63,990 nucleotides of DNA, filler included, from Octopus bimaculoides (GCF_001194135.2; 5 parts of 5 records of this genome joined end to end with filler, not necessarily neighbours in it), one strand, 5' to 3'. Counted from the first letter of the whole stretch, positions 23,548 to 35,320 are shown. The notes: generated by a model from the sequence alone, not told the origin. Program-made: numbers and translations.

Positions 23548-26071
23548 AAAATAACTGCTTCATTTTTATCCACCCTCCCAATACTTACTAATTTATATGA
23601 ATTTGTTTACAGCTAACAAGGGTTTATAGCAGGCTAATAATAGGTTGTTTTATAAAGTTTTAGTGGTGGTGGTGTTCTGTTGTTTTGTATTTTTTGTTAC
23701 ATTTTTATGAAATTATTTTCATTTTATGTGGAATTATATATTTAGTGAATAACTTCCAAAACAATTAACAGACATTCTATAGAAATACTTTCAAATGATT
23801 CTTATAATATATTTCTTTATAGAAATAATATTTATATTAAATATCTTGACATACATAATATACAATTTTAGCATAATTGAAAACATTTATTACAGAATAT
23901 AGGAAAAGTTGCTGAGAGACTATTTTCTTTTATATACTTAATTACACTGAAAAAAAAAAACAACAACATGAATTTCCTTTGACTGTAATATAAATAATAC
24001 TATCATTGATAGTATATTCTAACACTCTGAGGTCTACAAGTCAGTACCAATATTAACAACTGACACACCTTTTTTTCATGGTGAAAACAATTATTGTAGC
24101 ATTAGAAGTATCTAATGGAAGACTGCAGAACATGAAGTAAGCATGCAGAGACTACAGATCAGCTTCAAAAAGCGAGTCAAGGCCATAGCACTTCGCAGAC
24201 AACACTAAAGTTCATGCCTCTGAATGCCATCTCCCTACTCTAAAAATACAGGGCGTTCGTATTTGGAAAAAAGAAATCAATATTAGAACTCTATGTGGAA
24301 ATCAGAAAGTATTTTTAAATAATTGTTAAATCTATGAGTGAAGGAAACAAATACTACAAAACAACCAAATGGTAGAAAATGAAGATTGTAGCAACAACAA
24401 CAACAGTAGTAGTAGTAGTAGTAGTAGATGATGATTTCTTTAAATTAAGTACTGGGTCAATTTTTGAAGGGGTGGAATAGAATTTACCCTAATATATTAC
24501 TGGTGCTTATAGAATTTAAACTGAAAACATTGAGGCCTATGGCTGAATATCATAAAAACATCTATCTAATTCAGTATTCTACATTCCGTACAAATTTCAC
24601 TGCCAAATTAATAATGTCAGTAATAAGAATACTGTAATAATACATCTACATTAAATTAAAATATATTTAGTTAAATGGGAAAAAATAGACAAACAAATAA
24701 AATCTCCTCAGATATAAATTAATATATAAAACCATTTTTCATTATATTTTTTAAAAAATCAAACCTGAATATTGATTAATTATTTTAAATTGTAATTTAT
24801 TTAAAAATCGTCGATTAGTAAAATAATTGAAAACTTGACAAATAGATTTAAAATACAAACATTGAAAAAATATTAAAAAAAAAAAAATGAAAAGCCACCC
24901 ACAAGTAATTTTAGACCATATTCATCACATTAGATCTAAATGTTAGGACAGAAGATTGTCTTTGTTAAAGAGCCTTCAGAAATAATATATTGATAAGATG
25001 TTACAACTTAACAGCAGTGTAGCCAGAGCTGTAGGCTTGGCCTTCTGACAGCACTTCCATGTATTCTTCACTTTTGTCAATGGCAAAGCTTAACAGCTAG
25101 CTACGTTGCATATGTAGCCAGCTTGAAAGCTTCACCATAAAAACAGAAAACAAAGAAATGAATTACTTTGTTTCACTATTTCTCTTTCAAACGGTATCAA
25201 TTATGAAAAAGAAAAAAAAAAAAAAAANNNNNNNNNNAAAAAAAAAAAAAAAAAAAAAACTAAATAGATGTTCCGAAATAATAACTAGATGACTAGAATA
25301 ATATCCCTCCTTTAAAGAATAATGTTTACTAATATATATTTTATTCATACACATCCACACGCGAATGCGGATGAATGTGATTATGTACGTATTAAAAAAA
25401 ATTATGAGAAGTTGTACCTATCAGAATTATATGAGAAAAATATAGCTTTTCATCGCAGTCTTTTATTATTTATTTATTTATTTTTAAGTCGATCAATACA
25501 AATTCGGCTGATTGTTACACAGGGTAGGGTGTGCAAAGGGAGAGAACTTATATAAAGAATACTAATTCGCTATGAAGTTTAATGATTTGCGTTTGTTAAC
25601 TAATACTTGAAAAATAAAATGCTTTTATATCACATTTTACAGCAATGAGTATTATTTAACGATTGTCAGAGTTATCTTTCTTCAATAGTTTATACTCAAA
25701 CAATATAGTAGACATACGTTTCTTAACAAAGGTTTTCTGTAATACATCGCGCAATCTAGCCTGAACTAAATTTAGTATTATGAGATCGTAGGTACTGCTA
25801 ATAACCCACGCGGAAAATTTAGAAAGTATCAAATCTCTAAAATTACATAATAATAATAATAATAGTAAAAAGAAAAAAAAATGTCCAACGAAACAGAATT
25901 CTTAAAGTAACAAGAAGATGAATAACTAAAATTGATAAATATTCATTATTTTTCAAGGCAGCGCTATAGCATTGCTGCAGCCCGAACATTATATATATGT
26001 GTATATATATATATATGTGTATATATANNNNNNNNNNNNNNNNNNNNNNNNNNNNNNNNNNNNNNNNNNNN

Positions 26072-26083
26072 TTAATTAATTAA
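26072..26083. other. Assembly gap linker TTAATTAATTAA inside a 44N+12+44N placeholder gap (also 51894, 60210, 62787)
   Basis: The same 12-mer, which gives stops in all six frames, is centred in four 100-bp gaps. Confidence 0.95.
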
Positions 26084-26808
26084 NNNNNNNNNNNNNNNNN
26101 NNNNNNNNNNNNNNNNNNNNNNNNNNNCTTTAATAGATTTCATTAGACATAGAAAATAGAAAATCGTTTAATTTCTTTTATGATTCCTTCTTTTTTTTAA
26201 ATCCAATATAGTAGCTTCATGTGATTCTCTGTCTATAATATCTGTATGTTCTTCTAGTTGGATGTTTCAGAGAATCACAATGACCCACTGTAGGTTTTTT
26301 GAGGATTAAAAAATGGCCCACAACAAAAAGACTCACGTGGTTGCATGGCCTGCTAGAAATAGCTGCTAAATCTTCCTAAAAATCACATTCTACCCTCTTC
26401 AAAAAAAAAAAAAAAAAGATGACAATAATGATGTCCTCATTTATATTGTCCTAAATATACTAAGACTGGTTGGTCATCACTGGGATGCCTTTATGTTGGT
26501 CTCCTGGATCAGAGCTGAATTGGGTTAAACAATAGCTATTGAGATGTTTGCTTACCAAATGGCAATACAGTCTCCCTTTAAAGTGGCATCTTGAAATCCT
26601 GGGATACTTTTGTTGTTCATGATGACTTAACTGACTTAAGTAAAATCTTTCTTTCTTTCTCCTTCCCTCCTTCCTCCCTTTCCCTCTCTTCTATTTCTCT
26701 CTTGCTCCCCCCTCTCTCTCTCACACACGCTACCGTTGTTTTTTTCCTAGCCCCTAAATGACATTCTTTCACATTATCTTCATTTATTTTCCCTCTTGTT
26801 TTCTGCAG

Positions 26809-26897
26809 AGTATTGCCGTCAAGCAAAGTACACCTTTATTGATCGTCTGTTTGGAGGCCATCTAATCAGCACTGTCTCATGTGGGGTCTGCCAACAT
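26809..26897 (+). CDS. USP16/45: Ubiquitin carboxyl-terminal hydrolase 16/45, visible exon 1 (YCRQAKYTFIDRLFGGHLISTVSCGVCQH)
   Basis: CAG acceptor and GTAAGT donor. Matches the USP16 F(V/I)DRxFGG.L.S...CxxC finger segment. Starts in phase 1, so upstream exons must exist. Confidence 0.93.
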
Positions 26898-27681
26898 GTA
26901 AGTCTTTCAACTTTCTACACTTTCCACTTAATTTTCTGCTCTTCGTCCCTGACCCTAACATGGTCTGTAATGTTGTGTTGTTGTATTCTGACTCCTTTGA
27001 CTCTAACAAACATGGTGTGTAATGTTGTGTTGTTGTATTCTGACTCCTTTGACTCTAACAATATACCTCAAAGACTCTCATGTAATGTGACGACAAAACC
27101 TAGCATTTCTAAACAATGGTGGATTAAATTCTGCAAAGATGAATGAAAGAGGATTCTTAATTCTGAATAAAATGTCTACCCATTCCAGAGAATATTTCAA
27201 GAATAAAATTTGGTCCTGAAGTAAATGAAATTATGTGTCTTGCAAAATGATGTAGGGAGATGTGTAGTTTGGTGGTTAGGGCAATGGCTTTCAACTGTGG
27301 TTCCCAGGGGTGCATGTGGCTCTCAAGCATCCTTCCGGTGGATCTCCGACTGTCTTCCCACTATAAATATAATAAATTCTTTGACTTGTGTTATAACTTT
27401 TTTGGTGCAGCTCCCTAAAAAAAAATCCAGGTTTTGGATCTGGTCTGGATATTAAAAAGGAGTGTAACCACTGGACTAGTGTGTTATGATTATGATCACA
27501 AGATCATGGTTTCAGTTCCAGAACTGGATCATATGTTGTTTTTTTTTTTTTTTTAGCAAAACACTTCATTTCACATTTAACTGTAAACTCAAGAAGATAT
27601 CCAACAAAACACAGATTTATATCTTTTACTTTCTCTTCTTTTCCTGTTTTAATGAATCCCCATTTTGTTTCTATCTTCTAG

Positions 27682-27738
27682 ATGTCTCAGATATTTGAAC
27701 CATTTCTGGATCTTTCTCTGCCTGTGATTGAAGAAAAG
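27682..27738 (+). CDS. USP16/45: USP16/45 visible exon 2 (MSQIFEPFLDLSLPVIEEK)
   Basis: TAG acceptor and GTAAGC donor; conserved ExFLDLSLPV motif. Confidence 0.95.
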
Positions 27739-27744
27739 GTAAGC

Positions 27745-27783
27745 AGTCTGTCTGTGTGTGTGTGTGTGTCTCTTACACACACA

Positions 27784-27880
<97 letters not shown>

Positions 27881-27899
27881 TCACACACACACAAACACA
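27745..27899. repeat. (TG)n followed by long (CA)n microsatellite filling a 249-nt intron
   Basis: Directly visible. Confidence 0.95.
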
Positions 27900-27987
27900 T
27901 TCTCAGAATTAGCAGATGAACTAATATCTCTGTTAAATTCAAGAAAATTTGCAAGAACTAATCAATGCTTTATTGATCTGTTTTTAG

Positions 27988-28137
27988 CCTCTTCGACCAA
28001 ACCTGTCAGTTGGAACTAAGAAGAAGGATTCTGCAAATGGTTATTCTTATGAAACGGCACCAGTAGTGGAAAATGTTGCCAAGCCTATGAGTAAATATGC
28101 TGAACGCAAGTTGAAGAGACAGACCAAAAAGGAAAAG
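27988..28137 (+). CDS. USP16/45: USP16/45 visible exon 3 (PLRPNLS...MSKYAERKLKRQTKKEK)
   Basis: TTTTTAG acceptor, GTAAGT donor, phase 0/0. Basic stretch equivalent to USP16 SKHLQKKAKKQAKK. Confidence 0.88.
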
Positions 28138-28879
28138 GTAAGTTTGCTGTTGTTGTTTAGCTTGCAAGTCAGCCCTAAATGAGGAGAACTGATGTGACAG
28201 TCCAGCTGTGACCATCCTGTCTTATAGGGGTTGTGTAATGCTACATTATTTAGTGTGCGTGTGTTTTATTTTGAAGACAATAATGTGATGTGAGAGAGAT
28301 TTGGCCATTATTTTAGTAGGTTGAATGATTTGGCCATTATTTTAGTAGGTCATGCAATGATTTTCTTATTAATTCAAGACATCTGTTGTTGTTCAGCCCA
28401 GGTTAGCCCTCTTTGGAGAGAACTATGATCAGGAACACTCCAATTGTGACCATCTCATTTATTTTTGAAATGGTATTTGGAGGGTAACATTAATCAATGG
28501 CATTTTTTTCCATAAGACAACAAAATGTAAATTGAGGAAGATTTGGTTGCTATTTCTAACTTCAGTTACTGTGTATGTTCCATTGTCACAGTTAAGCCCA
28601 AGACCACCCTGATTGGGTAGATCTGTTAGAAAAAATATTCCAGCCATAACCATTCCATGTTTTTCAGGCATTGTGTACCTTAGACTGCATTATCTTAAAG
28701 TGTCTGTTTAAGATGGTTGAGTGGTAGAGTATTATTTGAGGATAATTTGGCTGCTATCTCTAGAAAGTTGAATGACCACATAGTAGCTTCCATATTAGAT
28801 CTGATGATGAAAACTGTGCTTTGACAGCCTTGAAATAAAATGGTCTGTGATGTGGGTAGTGGCATGTGGTGTGATGTGA

Positions 28880-29250
28880 CACAGGTAGTCTCAGTGTCTC
28901 CAGTTAAAGATGTTTAACCCCTTCCCTTGTGCCCCCAGCTCTAGCTGTTATCTCACTCCAATGTCCCCTGTTAGAGATGTTGAAGCCCCATCCCTTGATG
29001 TCCTCATCTATTGATGCTTAATCCCTTCAGTGTCTCCAGTTGTAGTCATTTATCCCTTTCCCCTCTCAACGCCCCCAGTTATTAATGTTTAACCTCATCT
29101 CCCAATATCCCCAGCTGTTATCTCTCCCCACTGTCCCCAGATATAGACGTTTAACCCCCTTCCTTGATGCCCCTCACCAATTGATGCTTAAACTCTTCAA
29201 TGTCCCCAGTTAGACATTTACCCCCCACTCCAGTATCCCCAGTTATTCTT
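28880..29250. repeat. Degenerate C-rich minisatellite with about 172-bp higher-order period
   Basis: Recurrent TGTCCCCAGTT..GATGTTTAACCCC cores; 28943-29040 aligns with 29115-29211. Confidence 0.65.
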
Positions 29251-29253
29251 TTG

Positions 29254-29469
29254 TTCTATTCTTTTACTTGTTTCAGTCATTTGACTGCGGCCATGCTGGA
29301 GCATCACTTTGAAGGATTTTAGTTGAACTAATCAACCCCAGAACTTACTGTTTTTTAAAGCCTAGTACTTATTCTATTGGTCGCTTTTGCTGAACTGTTA
29401 AGTTATGGAGATGTAAACACTCCAACACTGGCTGTCAAGTGGTGATGGAGGGACAAACACAGGCACAAA

Positions 29470-29505
<36 letters not shown>

Positions 29506-29640
29506 NNNNNNNNNNNNNNNNNNNNNNNNNNNNNNNNNNNNNNNNNNNNNNNNNNNNNNNNNNNNNNNNNNCAAGGTGCCACACAGTGGGACTGAACCTA
29601 GACCCATTTGGTTGGGAAGCAAGAATCTTACCACACAGCC
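29254..29640 (-). mobile_element. SINE family C copy (intronic, N gap)
   Basis: Reverse complement of the family C consensus. Confidence 0.88.
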
Positions 29641-29787
29641 ACAAACCCCTACCCACTGTCCATTCTATAGAAATGAATCTTCTGATGAAAAAGTCTTCAA
29701 CTCTTCTGCAATCTTTGATTTTTTTCAAATCTATCTCTGTTTTATATTTTTTCACTCTCTTCTTTTTTTTTTTTTTCTTTTTATCAG

Positions 29788-30007
29788 CGTAAGATGAATA
29801 AAGCTCGGAACCAATTGAGTCAGTTGTCAGTCGAAGAGAAGACCGAAGCTGAGGAGAATGAGAGCAAATGTGAGCAAGAGAAGGCCAATAACGAAGAGGA
29901 AGAGAATGGAGAAGATGAGGAAGAAGATGAGGAGGAAGTTGAGAATGAGAAAGAATCCCAAGAGAAAGCAGAAGAGACGAGGAGTAATTGTAAAGAAGAT
30001 ACTTCTG
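29788..30007 (+). CDS. USP16/45: USP16/45 visible exon 4 (acidic, E-rich insertion region)
   Basis: Poly-T tract and CAG acceptor, GTAAGT donor; phases 0/1 fit both neighbours. Confidence 0.88.
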
Positions 30008-30277
30008 GTAAGTCATAGTGTTCCATTCATTGGTTCGTTGGTTTGTACATTGACCTGCTAGAATTAGCAGCTAAATTTCACTTAAATGACACTTTACTAT
30101 TTAGCAAGACACTTGTGCTGTTTCCACCCTATCATACTTCAGTCTCTCAACATCTGGTATAAAACCACCTCCCTCCCTCTCGAATACTTTTCTCCATCCA
30201 TTAAGTCAAGGAGGCTTCTTCTATTTTCCTTTTTCCTGTTCTTGTTTTGTAAGTTTGTTGGTTACCTCATAAGTGCT

Positions 30278-30656
30278 GTTGGCACTCCGTCGCTTATGAC
30301 ATCGAGGGTTCCAGTTGATCTGATCAACGGAACAGCCTGCTTGTGAAATTAACGTGCAAGTGGCTGAGCACTCCACAGACACGTGTACCCTTAACGTAGT
30401 TCTCTGGGATATTCAACGTGACACAGTGTGACAAGGCTGACCCTTTGAATTACAGGCACAACAGAAACATGAAGTAAGAATGAGAGAAAGTTGTGGTGGA
30501 AAAGTACAGCAGGGTTCGCCACCATCCCCTGCCGGAGCCTCGTGGAGCTTTAGGTGTTTTCGCTCAATAAACACTCACAACGCCCAGTCTGGGAATCGAA
30601 ACCACGATCCTATGACTGTGAGTCCGCTTCTCTAACCACTGGGCCATTGCGCCTCC
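30278..30656 (-). mobile_element. tRNA-derived SINE family A, full length with 10-bp TSD
   Basis: CATAAGTGCT at 30268-30277 and 30657-30666. Head GGAGGCGCAATGGCCCAGTGGTTAG, B-box GGTTTCGATTCCC. Confidence 0.92.
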
Positions 30657-30895
30657 CATAAGTGCTAGTAGTGCTACATAAAAAAAACACTCACTATGCT
30701 CTGTAAAGTGGTTGGCATTAGGAAGGGCATTGGGCCTTAGAAACCTTGCCAAAACAGACATTGGAGCTTAGTGCAGCTCTCTGGCTTACCAGATCCTGTC
30801 AGACCATCCAGTCCATGCTAGCATGGAAAATAGATGTTAAATGGTGATAATAATGACATATTTGATATTATAGTTTTGGGTGGACTATTTCTGGA

Positions 30896-31200
30896 AGACG
30901 TGGAAGCGCAATGGCCCAGTGGTTAGGGCAGCGGACTCTCGGTCGGAGGATCGCGGTTTCGATTCCCAGACTGGGCATTGTGAGTGTTTATTGAGCGAAA
31001 ACACCTAAGCTCCACGAGGCTCCTGAAGGGGGTGGTGGCGACCCCTGTTGTACTCTTTCGCCCCAACTTTCTCTCAGTCTTTCTTCCTCTTTCTTCAGTA
31101 ACGCTGCGATGGACTGGCGTCCCGTCCAGCTGGAGGGAACACATACGCCATAGAAACCGAGAAACCGGGCCCATGAGCCTGGCTAGGCTTTGAAAGGGCG
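30896..31200 (+). mobile_element. Chimeric SINE: family A 5' half fused to family B 3' half
   Basis: Matches 34942/43384 up to about 31096, then AGTAACGCTGCGATGGACTGGCGTCCCGTCCAGCTGG.. matching the 3' half of the 32115-32350 copy. Confidence 0.8.
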
Positions 31201-32114
31201 AAAAGAAAAAGAATTTCTGGAAGACAGACTTTATGGGCATCGCTGGAATAGCTTCAATTAGCGGTTTACTCAGTCATAGCTAGTATTTAGGGACGGTCAT
31301 TATGCCAGTAATGAACACATGCACTGGCTCTATCTCACTTCTTTTATTACTTATTTGTTGATTGGTTAACTATTTAGCCAATGAATTAATCATCAATGTT
31401 TGATTAATCATCCACTTGATCAATCAGTTATTTTTTGTTAAAGTCCTTTTGTCACTGTTTGCACCCTCATCAATCACATGCCCTCATTGCTCCAGGCTGA
31501 CAAACATAACTGATTGATTAACTGAATGATTAATCAATCGATTAAATAGTTAACCAATTGATGAATAATGAAGTGAAATGCAAACAGTGTGTGTTTATTT
31601 ATTGGTATAATGACTCTGCCAAGATACAATAAAATTTGGTACAACGTGAGTTGACATCATGAATTTTGGGCACCAAAAATGAAATGTGTAATTAAACTTT
31701 TGAAGAAAATAATATTAATTGGTAATAATTATGAAGTTAGTGGGTGAGTAAAGGGTGCAATTTTAATCATCATCTATTGACATTCACTTTTCTAAGCTGG
31801 CATGTGTTGGATGTGACTTTTTTTAAGATAATGTTTTATGCTTGAACGCTATTTCTGATGCTTAATCTTCAATGAATAATATTTTGTATTATGTTGCAAA
31901 AGAAAACTTTGAACATATTTCTGTCTTATTATGATCTCATCAGAGTAGAGTACTTTACATTATTATTTCTCCCTGTTATAGATATTTCTAGCAAACAACC
32001 ATGTACATGCAACTTTATTGACTCAACATGGTAACCATACTACAACATTCACATGTTGTAGTATGGTTACTACCAATTGTTCATTTTGTACAAATGTCCA
32101 ACCCATATTAAAAA

Positions 32115-32350
32115 AAAATAAATGCGCCCTTTTAAAGCCTAGCCAAGCTCATGGGCGCGGTTTCTCGGTTTCAATGGCGTATGTGTTCCCCAGCTGGACG
32201 GGACGCCAGTCCATCACAGCGTTACTCATTTTTGCCAGCTGAGTGGACTGGAACAACGTGTAATGAAGTGTTTTGCTCAAGAACACAATGCGTCGCCTGT
32301 TCTAAGAATCGAAACCACAATCTTATGATCATGGTGCTGACATCCTAACC
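32115..32350 (-). mobile_element. tRNA-derived SINE family B
   Basis: tRNA-like head, GTGTTCTTGAGCAAAACACTTCA body and a GATGGACTGGCGTCCCGTCCAG segment reminiscent of V-SINE domains. Diverged relatives at 45085-45250 and 45793-45990. Confidence 0.8.
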
Positions 32351-32764
32351 AATAAGCCACGTGCCTCCACTCCAATCCATATTAGTGAAGGAATAAAGAA
32401 AACTAAAATATTGAAGAATTTTATTATTAAATTACTTTGCCACCCAAAATATTTATTCAATATTAATTGTTAAATGCTATTTTTAATTAAATATTTGAAT
32501 TGTTTCATTTTCACTGTCAGTTTATACATTTGATGTAATTTTTCATTTGCATGTCTGTGTGTGTGTGGTTTTGGTGTAATTTTAAGACTGATTGTGTGTA
32601 TATGTGTGTGCATGCATTTGGTGTAATTTTAAGACTGGGTGTGTGTATATGTATGTGCATGCATTTGGTGTAATTTTAAGATGGTGTGAGTGTATGTGTG
32701 TGTTTAGTAAGATTCTAACTTTATTTTTTTCATTTTCTTCTTTTCCCTCTTAATTTTTTGAAAG

Positions 32765-33688
32765 ATGCAGATATTGAAGATAATATAGACAATGAAGGCA
32801 ACCGTCTTCAAAATAAGGAGAACCGAAGTATATCAAAGAGTAAATTAAATGAAAGTTCTAGCTCTTTAAAGAAAGATTCAGAGAAGGATGAAGAATCTAC
32901 CTTAAAAGAATCTAATAGTACAAACCATGTAGAAAATTCTTCTGTGGATTCTTTGCAACATCCACTAGAAACTATAGACCAAAATGCTACATATTGTACA
33001 GAAACAGAAAATATAGAGAACAAAATTAGTTATGAAACAAATAGGTTGGCCTCTTTAGAATTGAATGGAAATGTAATATCTCGGGGTAGCCTGGACAAAG
33101 ATTCTAGTTTGAATGACATGGAAGAGGATAGCAACAAAATGGCTTCATTTGACACTTTCTCTTCTATGGAAATAGCAAATAATACAGATAGTTCCATCAA
33201 GCCATCTTTCTCCGATGAGTTGGAGAAAGGAGCTATTGAAGCTTCGGAATCAGTGTCCAAATGCTTCAGTACTGAAACGTTACCGGAGGCGCCAGCCAAA
33301 ATGGTATCCATTCATGAAGAAATACAGTGCGAAGGGGAGAACAACTCGCATGGTTTAGGCCATACTCTTAGTTCTGTGGCGACAAAATCGTCGATGTGTG
33401 TTGCTCAGATGTTATCAAACTGTAGCCAGGGCCCTCCACTCGCCCATCCAGAAGAAGGTGACCTCGACGATATTGATGACAAAGAATATGTCAACATGAG
33501 CTCAATCAAACGCCAGGCGCAAGCCAAGTCTATGTCTACTCTAACACCTCGATCTCGTTTAACAACCCGCAAGTGCTCCATCTTGTCGTCTTTACACCAG
33601 TTCACATCGGCAGAACTTCTAACGGGCAATAACAAAGTACGGTGTAAAAACTGTAGCCAGAGGAAAGAGAAACATTCTTCAAGTAACA
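32765..33688 (+). CDS. USP16/45: USP16/45 visible exon 5 (924 nt; S/E/N-rich insertion, then CSILSSLHQFTSAELLTGNNKVRCKNC)
   Basis: Open frame with phase 1/1 junctions; matches USP16 CSIQHCLYQFT..E.L...NK..CxxC. Confidence 0.93.
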
Positions 33689-34111
33689 GTAAGTTGGTAT
33701 TTCTGTTTCTTTTGTGTGTCCTATTGTTTCTTGGGGATTTTATCATAGTTTAGTATTGACTGTGTGTGAGTGTGTGTGTGTGCATAAAAACAGAAGTGAG
33801 AGAATTGATGGTTATTCCATTTGTTGATTGCTGTTTCATAAACTATGTTAGTTACATAAGTGACACTACATCCTTCAACACCTATAAATACGTGCACACA
33901 CATTGATAAATATAATTGTGCTGTGACATAATGAACAGACTACACATCAGAATGTATATAGCAATTCTTTGAATCCCTATCCTTATTATATATATATATA
34001 TATCTTTATATATNNNNNNNNNNNNNNNNNNNNNNNNNNNNNNNNNNNNNNNNNNNNNNNNNNNNNNNNNNNNNNNNNNNNNNNNNNNNNNNNNNNNNNN
34101 NNNNNNNNNNN

Positions 34112-34143
<32 letters not shown>

Positions 34144-34727
34144 CACATACACACATGCATACATACAGGGTGTGGTGAATAAACTGCATATTTGCACCTA
34201 ATGTTTGTTTATTCACATTGTTTTGAATTAATCATGCATTAATCTCACACCTTTCATATTGCAACAATGTGACGGTTTATTTTTAGAATGGCATTGTAGG
34301 GTAAGTGTAAGAGGCCAGATCTGGTTGGTTTGAACATTAAACAGGTAGAACGTTAAGGCTGGATATGGCCAATGGCAGCATTCACCAACTTAAACAAGGA
34401 GACCTATCCAGAAGTTTTCTATTTAATAAAAGATATTTTGGCTTCCATCTACTCAGTGAAGCAATATTAATGGCTTTTTAAAACCTTTCCAGTGGTCAAA
34501 ACCATATTCTATGTTCCAGTGAAGACTCATTAACATTCCATAAAAATCACAAACCACAAAATGAAAGATCTGTTTCCTTCAGAAGAGAACAAAACCAGCC
34601 GTCAACACAAAACATTTTTTTCGACATCCACCTCCCAGCAACTTCCATTTTTTAGTTTTGTGTAAGAACAACTGTCTCTATCTGTCTCTCTTTCATTCAC
34701 CATTTATTTATCTCTCTCTCTCTCCAG

Positions 34728-34819
34728 AAAAGGAAGCTATTTATACAAATGCCAGTAAGCAGTTCCTTATATTTAGACCACCAGCCATTCTGACACTTCA
34801 CCTGAAGAGATTTGAACAG
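34728..34819 (+). CDS. USP16/45: USP16/45 visible exon 6 (KEAIYTNASKQFLIFRPPAILTLHLKRFEQ)
   Basis: CCAG acceptor and GTAATC donor; conserved YTNAxKQ and PPxLTLHLKRF motifs. Confidence 0.96.
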
Positions 34820-34941
34820 GTAATCATGTCTTGTCATGCCTCCTGCCCCAGTGGCACTGTCATCACAGCTTTGGTCTTCACTCCATTCAATCTTACATTC
34901 CTCTCCTTCACTGTGTGTGTGTGTGTATTTCATCTTGCTGG

Positions 34942-35320
34942 TGAAGGTGCATGGCCCAGTGGTTAGGGCAGCAAACTCGCGGTCGTAGGATCGCGGTTTC
35001 GATTCCCAGACCAGGCGTTGTGAGTGTTTATTCAGCGAAAACGCCTAAAGCTCCATGAGGCTCCGGCAGGGGATGGTGGCGAACCCTGCTGTACTCTTTC
35101 ACCACAACTTTCTCTCACTCTTACTTCCTGTTTCTGTTGTGCCTGTAATTCAAAGGGTCAGCCTTGTCACACTGTGTCACGCTGAATATCCCCGAGAACT
35201 ACGTTAAGGGTACACGTGTCTGTGGAGTGCTCAGCCACTTGCACATTAATTTCACGAGCAGGCTGTTCCGTTGATCGGATCAACTGGAACCCTCGACGTC
35301 GTAACCGATGGAGTGCCAAC
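34942..35320 (+). mobile_element. SINE family A, full length
   Basis: Colinear with 30278-30656 (inverted) and 43384-43765. Confidence 0.92.

Noticed and set aside
26072-26083. Recurrent TTAATTAATTAA palindrome
   Set aside because: Always centred in 44N+44N gaps: scaffolding linker, not biological.
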